A DNA stretch of 40,315 nt from Nitrososphaeraceae archaeon (GTDB lineage: Archaea > Thermoproteota > Nitrososphaeria > Nitrososphaerales > Nitrososphaeraceae): assembly GCA_044869655.1 (NCBI GenBank), contig JBIOXM010000042.1:1-40315 (forward strand), written 5' to 3'. The notes beneath the pieces are model-generated. The model saw nothing but the letters and a program-made list of their open reading frames with translations, had not been told where the DNA came from and searched no databases. Position numbers and translations under genes: made by a program. Positions 19,851 to 29,282 of the stretch are shown one piece after another. Each line of letters starts with the position of its first letter. Within the stretch, counting starts at the first letter, position 1.

Positions 19851-21128
19851 TCAAGGTTTATTTTTATTTTCATCATCAATTTTATTAGTTTTATTATTTG
19901 AACTAGAAATTTTTATATTATTTGCAAATTTTAGTATATATGGAGTAGCAAAAGATGTAATTATTGTAACAACACTTAGTATTGGTAATATAGATGAAGT
20001 AATTGCGCCCACATCTTGTCCACCCTTTGCTATAACTAAAGACATTTCTCCTTTTGCTGTTGCTAATCCTAAACCTACTTTTAATATATCAACACTGTCA
20101 AATTTGGATTTTGCTAATACAGCTAATACCAGAAGGAATTTTACAGCAAAAGCTGTTAGTATCAATACAATAACAGGAACTATGTATAACGGGATAAGTG
20201 AAATATTTACTAACGCTCCTATAGATACAAAAAATAATGCAGAAAAAACATCTCTTAATGGTATAGTAATAACTTTTGCGACGGTTGCACTTCTAGATTC
20301 AGCCACTAAAACTCCAGCCAAAAATGCACCTATTACAACTGATAACCCTAAAATACTTGCGATGAAGGATAAACCGAAAGCAAGTCCTAATATTACTATT
20401 AAGAGAAGAGCATAATCATTTGTTTTCCCTATTTTGTCTATTAAATTAGGTAAAAATTTTGATCCAAGTATGAGTATACTTCCAATAAAAACTAGTGCTA
20501 TAGCTATTGATATTGAGATAGGAATAATTGCAATCTCTTCAGTACCTGCTGCAACTGCTATGGATTGCAATATGGCTAAAACTGATACAGCCACAATATC
20601 TTCGACTATTAAAATTCCTAATATTAATATCGATGAGCGTTCTTTTATTTTTCCTAATTCCTCCAATACCTTGATAGTTACCACGGTACTAGTAATAGAC
20701 ATGGCTAATCCTAGAAACATTGAATCAAATATAGTAAATCCTAATCTTTGAGCAACAAAAAAAGCTATAACCATAGTTCCAATTGACTCTGTTAATCCAA
20801 CTATTATTGAAATTTTACCTATTTGTTTGAGTTTCGCTATAGGAAATTCTATACCAATTACGAAGAGAAGCATTATTATACCTAATTCAGCAAATATGTT
20901 TACGGTTTCTATCTCGTGAATTAACGAAAAAGGTGGAGTAAATGGACCTATAATCATTCCTGCTATTAGATAACCAATAACCATGGATTGTTTAAATTTA
21001 TGAGTTAAAACTAACATTATAGCAGCAATAATCATTATAACGGCAAAATCTTGAACAATAAATTCTGAAGATGTTGATTCGGGAAGGGATAAAATACTAA
21101 ATACTGAAAAAAATAAAAAAATATCCAT
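19851..21128 (-). CDS. Cation:proton antiporter, CPA2 (Kef-like) family
   Basis: About 12-13 TM segments; GYLIAGMIIGP, AELGIIMLLFVIG, SITSTVV, LIVEDI, GAFLAG and FFVSIG. No C-terminal TrkA-N domain. Confidence 0.93.
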   Translation of the reverse strand: MDIFLFFSVFSILSLPESTSSEFIVQDFAVIMIIAAIMLVLTHKFKQSMVIGYLIAGMIIGPFTPPFSLIHEIETVNIFAELGIIMLLFVIGIEFPIAKLKQIGKISIIVGLTESIGTMVIAFFVAQRLGFTIFDSMFLGLAMSITSTVVTIKVLEELGKIKERSSILILGILIVEDIVAVSVLAILQSIAVAAGTEEIAIIPISISIAIALVFIGSILILGSKFLPNLIDKIGKTNDYALLLIVILGLAFGLSFIASILGLSVVIGAFLAGVLVAESRSATVAKVITIPLRDVFSALFFVSIGALVNISLIPLYIVPVIVLILTAFAVKFLLVLAVLAKSKFDSVDILKVGLGLATAKGEMSLVIAKGGQDVGAITSSILPILSVVTIITSFATPYILKFANNIKISSSNNKTNKIDDENKNKP

Positions 21129-21202
21129 GGCCCATTCATTATATAATCATCTAAAATAAAAATCAAGAGGGTTATAAAGAAAATCTTGTTAAGTTCTTGC
21201 TC

Positions 21203-21239
21203 TAATCACTCTTTCAATAATAAGATTGAAGAGTGATTA
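21203..21239. repeat. Near-perfect inverted repeat (15-bp stem, one bulged T, 6-nt loop)
   Basis: TAATCACTCTTTCAAT-aataag-ATTGAAGAGTGATTA between the ABC1 kinase stop and the antiporter promoter. Confidence 0.8.
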
Positions 21240-21254
21240 TTATTGATATAAATA

Positions 21255-22811
21255 TTATTTTTTTATAATACTAAAAATAAATAATATTATTGAACAAATA
21301 AAACCTATAGATGAAATTATAGGAATATATGAAAATAAAAACGCAGATCCTATAAATAATGCAGAGGCAAAAATACTCTTACCTAAAAATGTATAAAGTT
21401 TATCTGTTTTTTTGATATTTGTTTCTTGATTATCTATATATGTTTTTATAGTTTGAGATAAATTTACCGAGACTTCTATATTTTTCATAAATTTCTGAAA
21501 AGAATATTTTATCTCTTCAATATACGCATCATTAATTAGTCCCTCCTGTTCGAATAAATTCGATAAAACTTTTACAAATTGGAATTTTATTTTATGTTGA
21601 TGATAAATCCCTTCCACAATTGATGTCATTCTCATATATAATGCTAAATTTTTGGGTAATCTAAATGGAAATTTACTTAATGTCTTATTTGATAAATCCA
21701 TTAAAGATTTCACTTCCATTTTATCTACGTGTTTTCCATGCATTGATCTAATACTTAATTCAATAGCTTTCTCAATAATATTTCGATTAGTGGTATAATC
21801 TAATGTTCCAAGTTGATATAATACATCAACAGTTCTTACAGGATCTTTATCAATCAAACCTAGATAAAGTCTAACCAACAGTAATCTAGTTTCATTGTCA
21901 AGTCTTCCAACCATTCCAAAATCGTATAGAATTATTGAACCATCGTCTTTGACAGCTATATTTCCAGGATGAGGATCCGAATGAAAAATATTATTACGTA
22001 ATAGCATCTTGAAAAAAATATGGTGTATTAATATTACTAATTTTTGTCTATCAATACCTTTTTTATCTAATGTTTCTATATCTGTGATCTTTATTCCAGG
22101 TTCATATTCCATAGTTATAATATGTTTAGAAGTTCTATCAAGTATTACATTAGGGATTATAATTTTTTTCTCTCTAGCTAAGTTTTTCTTAATTGCTAAT
22201 AGATTCTCTGCTTCTTTTATGTAATCCATTTCTTCATAAATAGTTTCAGTAAATTGAGAAAACATTCCTTCAACTGAAAACCTTAAATTAGGATCTATAA
22301 ATCGAGTAGATAAAGGGATCAATTTTTTTATTATTGAAATATCTTCTTCTACAATTCTTTCAATTCCTGGTCTTGAAATCTTTACTACTACCTCTTTTCC
22401 ATTGTATCTTGCATGATATACTTGTCCTAAACTAGCGCCAGAAAAAGCCTCTTTATTAAAATAATCAAACTTTTCTTCCAAATTTCCTAATTCCTCCTCA
22501 ATTATTTTTTTTACTTTTTCAAAAGATTCTACAGGAACATCATCTTGTAAAGTAGCAAATACTTCTAAATATGGTTGCGGTAATATATCCGAACGAGATG
22601 ATAGCCATTGACCTAATTTTATATATGATGGCCCAAGTTGAATGAAAATTTTTAAGGCCTGCTGTGCATGTTTTCTATATTTACTTTCATCGATATTTTT
22701 TCCTTCACGTTTTACCCATTCTTTTCTGTCTCTCTTAAAATTTATTATTATTGGTAATAATTTTATTATAATTTTTATTAATTTAATTTTTGAGGTATTA
22801 TCGTTTGTCAT
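21255..22811 (-). CDS. ABC1/UbiB (AarF) atypical kinase family protein
   Basis: IKLGQ (KxGQ), ASLGQVY, VVVKI, HSDPHPGN and YDFGMVG; C-terminal TM pair. Confidence 0.95.
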   Translation of the reverse strand: MTNDNTSKIKLIKIIIKLLPIIINFKRDRKEWVKREGKNIDESKYRKHAQQALKIFIQLGPSYIKLGQWLSSRSDILPQPYLEVFATLQDDVPVESFEKVKKIIEEELGNLEEKFDYFNKEAFSGASLGQVYHARYNGKEVVVKISRPGIERIVEEDISIIKKLIPLSTRFIDPNLRFSVEGMFSQFTETIYEEMDYIKEAENLLAIKKNLAREKKIIIPNVILDRTSKHIITMEYEPGIKITDIETLDKKGIDRQKLVILIHHIFFKMLLRNNIFHSDPHPGNIAVKDDGSIILYDFGMVGRLDNETRLLLVRLYLGLIDKDPVRTVDVLYQLGTLDYTTNRNIIEKAIELSIRSMHGKHVDKMEVKSLMDLSNKTLSKFPFRLPKNLALYMRMTSIVEGIYHQHKIKFQFVKVLSNLFEQEGLINDAYIEEIKYSFQKFMKNIEVSVNLSQTIKTYIDNQETNIKKTDKLYTFLGKSIFASALFIGSAFLFSYIPIISSIGFICSIILFIFSIIKK

Positions 22812-22847
22812 TTCAGAAATAAATATTTAAACAATAATCGAAATATT

Positions 22848-23273
22848 TTATTTTCTTAATTTTGCTTTTCTAATAAAACTATGCAAACGATATGTAGTCA
22901 TATATGTTGTAGTTCCAGCTAAAATACCCGTAATAATTCCTAATGGCAATGCTTTTGATGGATCACCATTATCTTTTTCTTTTCTTTTTTTGTAAAATGT
23001 TGTACCTACTTTTAGACCAATAGCACTAGCTATCATCCAGTATGTAATGTATTCCGGAGCATCGTTTAACAGATGTCCAAGGGGATCGATTCTTGGATCG
23101 ATTCTATCCATATGTACGCTATAATAATTCTCATATTCTCTGATATGTAAATTTTTATATCTATATTGTTTTTTAGCTCCTTTTATACTACCTAGATTTG
23201 TTTCAGTATAATCAATTATAGGTCTGACGGATTTAGGAATAAGAATATTGCCATCACCGTCAATATATTCCAT
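22848..23273 (-). CDS. Hypothetical protein with two C-terminal hydrophobic helices
   Basis: 141-aa ORF; LHIREY..YYSVHMDRIDPRIDPLGHLLNDAPE conserved-looking core; co-oriented upstream of the ABC1 kinase. Confidence 0.78.
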   Translation of the reverse strand: MEYIDGDGNILIPKSVRPIIDYTETNLGSIKGAKKQYRYKNLHIREYENYYSVHMDRIDPRIDPLGHLLNDAPEYITYWMIASAIGLKVGTTFYKKRKEKDNGDPSKALPLGIITGILAGTTTYMTTYRLHSFIRKAKLRK

Positions 23274-23406
23274 CTATATTAGAATTAAACAAATATCATA
23301 TAAAATTAACTTATTATTTTTCTTTATTGAATATAGTTTAAGATAAAATTTTGATAATGCAGGAAAGTATATTTTGCTTTGAATAAGAAATATTCTCAAT
23401 TTATAG

Positions 23407-23952
23407 TTGAATCCAATGAATAAAATTAAATTATTACATAGTAAGAGAGTCTATTCAGGAAAAATCTCAATTAGAAAAGATGAATTTATTTTACAAGACA
23501 AAAAAATTCAGAAAGAGATTGTTGAACATTCTCCATCAGTAGGACTTGTTCCTATAATCGATTATTCAAATATTCTTCTAATCACCCAGTATCGACATCC
23601 GACAAAAAGGACTCTATTAGAAATACCTGCTGGAAAAATAGAAGATGGAGAAACTAAAGAGCAGGCTGCTAGAAGAGAACTATATGAGGAGACAGGTTAC
23701 ACAGGTACATTATTTTTTTTAACTAAATGGTATTTAGCACCAAGTTACGATACAGAATTAATGTACATTTTTTTAGTAACAAACTTAAAAAAAAAGAGTT
23801 ATAAACAAGGTAAGGATGACGATGAAAATATAAAATTAAAAAAACTAAGCCTAAAAACTGCATTAAAAAAATGTATCAATGGTGAAATTATAGATTGTAA
23901 AACAGTTGCAGCATTACTTGTTTATCAAGAATATATCAAACAAAGGATATAA
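23407..23952 (+). CDS. NUDIX hydrolase (ADP-ribose pyrophosphatase-like)
   Basis: Nudix box GKIEDGETKEQAARRELYEETG, QYRHP and LEIPAG. Confidence 0.95.
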   Translation: MNPMNKIKLLHSKRVYSGKISIRKDEFILQDKKIQKEIVEHSPSVGLVPIIDYSNILLITQYRHPTKRTLLEIPAGKIEDGETKEQAARRELYEETGYTGTLFFLTKWYLAPSYDTELMYIFLVTNLKKKSYKQGKDDDENIKLKKLSLKTALKKCINGEIIDCKTVAALLVYQEYIKQRI

Positions 23953-24036
23953 AATAATAACTATAAAATGCTATATTATTGCAAATTCAAATAATTCTAT
24001 GATATAATGAATGAATAAAATAAAATATAAATATAA

Positions 24037-24375
24037 TCATGTAGTGAGAGTTAAGATAGCTTGTGCTATGTCACCTTTAGAATCCGTCAAAGCTTGAATA
24101 GCTTTTTCTTTTGATACATTAGCTTGCTGCATTACTAGTATTATATCCTCTTCTTTTAATGATGGAGTTTCTCTTTGTTTTTCTTCTATATCTGTAGCAA
24201 TAATTTGGAAAATTGTATTATCTTTTCCTTTCATTTCAACTACTTGCGGTTTTATTAGGTACATTTCTTTAGTCTCAGTTTTTATTATTACCTCCTCAAT
24301 TCCTTCCATCTCATTCATGTCAAGACCCATTTTTCCAAGCATTCTTCTCATTTCTCTATTTCCCCCACGCATCAT
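24037..24375 (-). CDS. nac: Nascent polypeptide-associated complex protein
   Basis: MRRMLGKMG, VIIKT, P.V and the UBA-like C-terminus EEDI.LV.QQA.VS.E.A..AL....GDIA.AI. Confidence 0.95.
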   Translation of the reverse strand: MMRGGNREMRRMLGKMGLDMNEMEGIEEVIIKTETKEMYLIKPQVVEMKGKDNTIFQIIATDIEEKQRETPSLKEEDIILVMQQANVSKEKAIQALTDSKGDIAQAILTLTT

Positions 24376-24393
24376 TATCTATTACCTCTAAGA

Positions 24394-24873
24394 TCATTGA
24401 TTGTTTCTACTTTTTATTCCTTCTCTAATTTTTACTGCTACACCATAATCAAATTTTCTCATTATCTTGTATCCACAAACAGCTTTTCCCACGGCTAACA
24501 CTTCATGTCTACTATTAATTACTACTACATCTGATCCACTATTGACATTTTTTCCGCACCACTTTACATGTTTACAAAATAATGATCTTCCTTCACTAAT
24601 GAATGGTATTACATCATCTTCTGCAATAATACAATTCTCTATGAATTGTGTGTATTTTACCATCATTTTTGCTCCAAATATGGTTAAAGCAAGCCCTCCA
24701 TCTTTCCGTAAAGTAGCAAATAATTGTGATTCTATAGAAAAATTTTTAATTCTGCCAGTTCTCTTTGAGAATTCACATCGTATTTCTGGAAATTCTTCAT
24801 TTACATTTGTATCAAAAAGGACAGATATATGATTAATCAATTTATTTCGAGGGTTTAAAGGTAAAGGTTTCAA
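24394..24873 (-). CDS. PUA-domain protein (resembles the C-terminal domains of archaeosine tRNA-guanine transglycosylase)
   Basis: SKRTGRIK, TLR.DG..ALT..GA, GRSLFCKHV, LAVGKA and G.AVKIREG. Confidence 0.88.
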   Translation of the reverse strand: MKPLPLNPRNKLINHISVLFDTNVNEEFPEIRCEFSKRTGRIKNFSIESQLFATLRKDGGLALTIFGAKMMVKYTQFIENCIIAEDDVIPFISEGRSLFCKHVKWCGKNVNSGSDVVVINSRHEVLAVGKAVCGYKIMRKFDYGVAVKIREGIKSRNNQ

Positions 24874-25187
24874 TTTTTCAGTATCTAATAAAATAAAATG
24901 TTTCTTATAAAAAAATATTAGTATTTCTTATCATATCACTCTCACACTATAAAAGAAAAATTAAATTTTATAAACAAAAGTCCGATCCCTATTAACTAAT
25001 TTAAAATAATATAATAGAGATGATTATACATTAATAAAGTTCATGTTTTTATTGCGGAACTTCAATTCAGCGGTAGAAATAAGCGCTATAGATATAAAAA
25101 ACAAATAAATTCTTTAGAAATTATATACTATAAATACTATAGTTAGAAAAGAAAGACTTTATTTCTTGTTTAGATATTGTTATATTA

Positions 25188-25643
25188 ATGCCCTCATTCT
25201 GTGAATTATGTGGAAATTCCATTCAAAGTCCAAAAAATGTAATTATTGATGGTAGTATTTTTAATGTATGTTTATCGTGCTCAAAACGTGGAAAACCATA
25301 TGAACCTAATCAGTCTTCAAAAAAAATATTGCCTCAAAAAAATGTATCCATGCCGGTATCTCAAAAAAAACCAAATAAGGTCTATTCAAAGGCAATTCCA
25401 ATTACTGATGAAAAAATATTAAGACCGGATTTTGGGAAGATTATAAGAGAAGCTAGAATGAAAAAAGGAATAACTCAGGAAAATGTAGCAAATCAACTAA
25501 GCGAAAAAATTACTTTATATAAAAAAATAGAAACAGGTGGAATTAAACCAAATGATATACTGTCTAAAAAATTAGAACGTTATCTAGGAATTCAATTATA
25601 TGAAAATCTTGTTGAAAATAATACAAACGAAGAAAATGATTAG
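25188..25643 (+). CDS. mbf1: Archaeal multiprotein bridging factor 1 (zinc ribbon plus Cro-type HTH)
   Basis: CELCG...VCLSC zinc ribbon; IREARMKKGITQE..A and KIETGGIKP. Confidence 0.93.
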   Translation: MPSFCELCGNSIQSPKNVIIDGSIFNVCLSCSKRGKPYEPNQSSKKILPQKNVSMPVSQKKPNKVYSKAIPITDEKILRPDFGKIIREARMKKGITQENVANQLSEKITLYKKIETGGIKPNDILSKKLERYLGIQLYENLVENNTNEEND

Positions 25644-25646
25644 TTA

Positions 25647-26762
25647 ATGAAATTTAAAAATGCTCTTCTAATAACGTATCCTATTGAAGAATCTGTTAAT
25701 GAAGCCTTATCTTTGGCTGAGACCGCAGGTTATATAGTTAAAAAAATAGTCAAACAGAAACATATTACACAATCAAAATATGGAATTGGTAAAGGAAAAG
25801 CATATGAGATTAAGGATCTGGTAAATGATCTGAATATTGACATAATTCTTTTTGATGAAGTCTTAAAACCGACACAACAATATAATTTAGCATTTTTATG
25901 TAAAAGAGATATTATAGATAGAGAACGATTAATATTAGAAATATTTGAACGTAGGGCTAGTACATCAGAGTCACGTATACAAATTAAATTAGCTCAATTA
26001 AAATATGAAATGGTTAGAATAAAAGAAAAGGTAAGACTTGCAAAAATGGGTGAACAACCAGGATTTTTTGGTTTAGGGAAATACGATGCTGATGTTTATT
26101 CATTGGATCTTAAATCACAAATGAGCGTTTTAAAGAAAAAACTAGAGAAAGAAGAAAAAAGGAGAACACTATATAGAAATCAACGTAACAGAATGGGTAT
26201 TTCAACCATTTCATTAGTTGGTTATACATCATCAGGTAAAACTACACTGTTTAATTCTTTAACAGGAGAATCAAAAGAAGTAGGCAAAGAAATGTTTACT
26301 ACTCTATCTACATTTACGAGATCTATATATATAAATTCTAATCAAAATCAAAAGTTATTATTATCAGACACAGTAGGTTTTGTAAACAAGTTACCAGCAT
26401 ATATGATAGATGCATTTAAATCTACTTTACATGAACTTGTTTTTTCTAAATTTATTTTGTTGGTTATAGATGTTAGTCAAACTATCAAAAATATAAGAAT
26501 AAACTTGAATAGTTGTCTTCATATAATAAATGAATTACAAATTCCATCAACAAAAATATTGTATTTACTAAATAAAGTTGATTTAACTACTGTAAATGAT
26601 GCCTATGATAAAGCTAAGATGTTAGATTTAAAATATCCAAGTAATATCATTTTACCTATATCAGCAAAAACTGGCTATAATGTAAATAAAATCTTGGATC
26701 TAATAAATAAACTCATCTATGGAAACAATTTAGAATTACAAAATAACAGAGTTATAAAATGA
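25647..26762 (+). CDS. hflX: GTPase HflX
   Basis: IG.GK, DR..LILEIF..RA, G1 GYTSSGKTT, FTTL, DTVGF, AFKSTL, NKVD and ISAKTG. Confidence 0.96.
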   Translation: MKFKNALLITYPIEESVNEALSLAETAGYIVKKIVKQKHITQSKYGIGKGKAYEIKDLVNDLNIDIILFDEVLKPTQQYNLAFLCKRDIIDRERLILEIFERRASTSESRIQIKLAQLKYEMVRIKEKVRLAKMGEQPGFFGLGKYDADVYSLDLKSQMSVLKKKLEKEEKRRTLYRNQRNRMGISTISLVGYTSSGKTTLFNSLTGESKEVGKEMFTTLSTFTRSIYINSNQNQKLLLSDTVGFVNKLPAYMIDAFKSTLHELVFSKFILLVIDVSQTIKNIRINLNSCLHIINELQIPSTKILYLLNKVDLTTVNDAYDKAKMLDLKYPSNIILPISAKTGYNVNKILDLINKLIYGNNLELQNNRVIK

Positions 26763-27289
26763 ATATAGCAGTACTTAGAATAGGTCATAGATTAGTCAGA
26801 GATGATCGTACAACTACTCATGTAGCCTTAGTTTCTCGATCTTTTGGTTGTAATCTTCTATACATGACTGATGTTAATGATGATATAAAATCTACAATAG
26901 ATGATGTAAATAATAGGTGGGGGCATGCCTCAAATTTTAAAATTGAAATAGTCAAAGGTTGGCGAAATGTAATATTAAATTGGAAAAAAAATGGCGGTGT
27001 AGTTATACATCTCACAATGTATGGATTAAATGTAGATGATATCATTGGTAAAATTAAGGATAATAATAATGATATTTTAATAATAGTTGGAGCTGAAAAA
27101 GTTCCAAAGGAAATATATACACTTTCTGATTATAATATTGCTGTAGGTAATCAGCCACATTCTGAAATATCTTCATTAGCTATTGTTTTAGATAGAATAT
27201 TCGAAGGAAAACAACTTAAGTTAAATTTTGAATCAGCAAAAATGAAAATTATTCCTTCCTTTCGGGAAAAACTAGTAGAGAAAAATTAA
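26759..27289 (+). CDS. trm56: tRNA (cytidine(56)-2'-O)-methyltransferase
   Basis: LRIGHR..RD.RTTTHVAL, HLTMYG, VGAEKVP and NQPHSE; ATGA overlap with hflX. Confidence 0.96.
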   Translation: MNIAVLRIGHRLVRDDRTTTHVALVSRSFGCNLLYMTDVNDDIKSTIDDVNNRWGHASNFKIEIVKGWRNVILNWKKNGGVVIHLTMYGLNVDDIIGKIKDNNNDILIIVGAEKVPKEIYTLSDYNIAVGNQPHSEISSLAIVLDRIFEGKQLKLNFESAKMKIIPSFREKLVEKN

Positions 27290-27443
27290 TTTTTGAAACA
27301 AAGAATTATAATTTTACTCACCATTTATATCCATTTAATAAACTATAATATTTATACAATAACTTGCCATCTAATATGAAATCAGTTAATTTTTTAAGTT
27401 GTGATTCCATAAAAAATATAAGGTTTTGTATTAACTATTTAGT

Positions 27444-29282
27444 ATGTTGAAAAAGAATGAAGAATTAACTAACGTTAACCATGAAAAAGGTTCTTTTGTT
27501 AAACCTAGAGAAAAATGGGGTTTAGAAAAAGAAACTGATAATTTTGCTAACAAAGTTAAACTTTACCGCCAAGGAAAGTTGTCAGATGACGATTTTCGAA
27601 GATTTAGGCTTCAGCATGGAGCCTATGGATCAAGATTAAGACCTGACTATAGTATGATAAGGATTAAAATTCCTAGTGGCGAAATCACTCCAGAACAACT
27701 AGAAAAGATAGCCAATTTATCTGAGGCATTTTCTATTGGATCAGCTCATGTTTCAACTAGACAAAATATCCAATTACACTGGGTACAGTTAGAAGATGTC
27801 AGCGAAGTTATGAGAGGATTAGTAGAGGTAGGTTTAACAACTAGAGAGGCTTGCGGTAATACTGTAAGAAATGTAATGTGTAGCCACTTTGCAGGTGTTT
27901 GTCCTGATGAAGCTTTTGATGCTACTCCTTATTCAACCGCAGTTGCAAAGTTCCTCTTACGTAACCCCATGTCTCAGAATTTACCAAGAAAATTCAAAAT
28001 TAATTTTGGATGCTGTAATAAACACGGTCTAGTAAGAATAGCTGACATTGGTTTAGTACCTGATTTAAAAGATGGAAAAAAGGGATTTAGAATTTATCTT
28101 GGCGGAGGATTAGGTGCTGCTTCGTTTATAGGCCATCTTTTAGAAGATTTCACTTTGGAAGAACGACTTTTATCAACTTGTATGGCAACTATTAGACTAT
28201 TTGATAGGCTAGGAAATAGAGATAATATGGCCAGAAATAGAATGCGCTATTTAGTAAATGAAATTGGTTGGGAGAAATTTCAAAAAATGGTATTGAAGGA
28301 ACGTAATATTGTAGAAATGACTATTTCTGAATTTACAAAGAATCTTTATCAAGTTCATTTTAATGATTCATATGTTCCAACAAATAAGTCAACAAAATTC
28401 AATAAACTCCCTATTGTGGAAACAAATATTTCTACTACTAGTAATGGATACGATCGGTGGTTGCATACGAACGTGGTTTCACAAAAACAAGAAGGCTATT
28501 CTACAATATTTATTACACTTGGTGCAGGTGATATAACAGCAAATCAACTAAGATCTCTAGCATCAATAATACGTAAATTCTCATCAGAGTCTAAAGCAAG
28601 AAATACTCCACAACAAAATTTTGCAATTAGATATATATACAACAAAGATTTGCAAGAAGTCTATAAAAAACTTGTGACTGTTGGATTAGCTAATCCTGGA
28701 GCCCTTACAATCGCATCCGCAGTAGGCTGTTCAGGTACTACCTCTTGTAATTTGGCTATAACTAATTCACATAGATTAGCTAAAGAGGTTCAAAGAACAT
28801 TGTTGGAATTAGGTTTTGATGTTGATAACGATTTGCGTAATTCAACTATTAAAATAAGTGGTTGTCCTAATTCTTGTGGGCAGCACGAAATTGCAACTAT
28901 TGGCTTTTTTGGTGGTGCTGCAAGAATAGAAAATTCCATGGCTCCTGTGTATACTATGTTATTTGGTGGTAATGGTTATGAAGATGGAAAATTAGGTAAG
29001 GCTATTATGCGGGTTCCAGCAAAAAGGGTAATAGAGGTAATTCAAAAAATAGTAGAGCTCTATAAAACTGAAAAATCCTCTTCAGAAACATTAGACATGT
29101 GGATAGATCGTCTTATAAATGGTAACGGAAGTGGTAACATAAAGGATATAGATGATATAAAAACTCTTCTTACACCAGTAATTCAACTTCCTCCATTTGA
29201 AGAAAGTCAAGAGTCCTATCAAGATTATGGTAATGATATTAAATTTGTCGCAAAGACTGCTAGAGGCGAATGTGCGGCTTGA
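27444..29282 (+). CDS. sir: Ferredoxin-dependent sulfite/nitrite reductase (siroheme, 4Fe-4S)
   Basis: FRLQHG, MIRIKIP, TRQNIQ, LPRKFK and the siroheme/Fe-S ligands C-SGTTS-C and SGCPNSC. Sulfite is favoured as substrate because of the adjacent rhodanese. Confidence 0.92.
   Translation: MLKKNEELTNVNHEKGSFVKPREKWGLEKETDNFANKVKLYRQGKLSDDDFRRFRLQHGAYGSRLRPDYSMIRIKIPSGEITPEQLEKIANLSEAFSIGSAHVSTRQNIQLHWVQLEDVSEVMRGLVEVGLTTREACGNTVRNVMCSHFAGVCPDEAFDATPYSTAVAKFLLRNPMSQNLPRKFKINFGCCNKHGLVRIADIGLVPDLKDGKKGFRIYLGGGLGAASFIGHLLEDFTLEERLLSTCMATIRLFDRLGNRDNMARNRMRYLVNEIGWEKFQKMVLKERNIVEMTISEFTKNLYQVHFNDSYVPTNKSTKFNKLPIVETNISTTSNGYDRWLHTNVVSQKQEGYSTIFITLGAGDITANQLRSLASIIRKFSSESKARNTPQQNFAIRYIYNKDLQEVYKKLVTVGLANPGALTIASAVGCSGTTSCNLAITNSHRLAKEVQRTLLELGFDVDNDLRNSTIKISGCPNSCGQHEIATIGFFGGAARIENSMAPVYTMLFGGNGYEDGKLGKAIMRVPAKRVIEVIQKIVELYKTEKSSSETLDMWIDRLINGNGSGNIKDIDDIKTLLTPVIQLPPFEESQESYQDYGNDIKFVAKTARGECAA

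Noticed and set aside
21129-21254. Possible fluoride or other riboswitch upstream of the antiporter
   Set aside because: No GGCGATGG-like fluoride riboswitch core, and the hairpin lies upstream of the likely TATA box.
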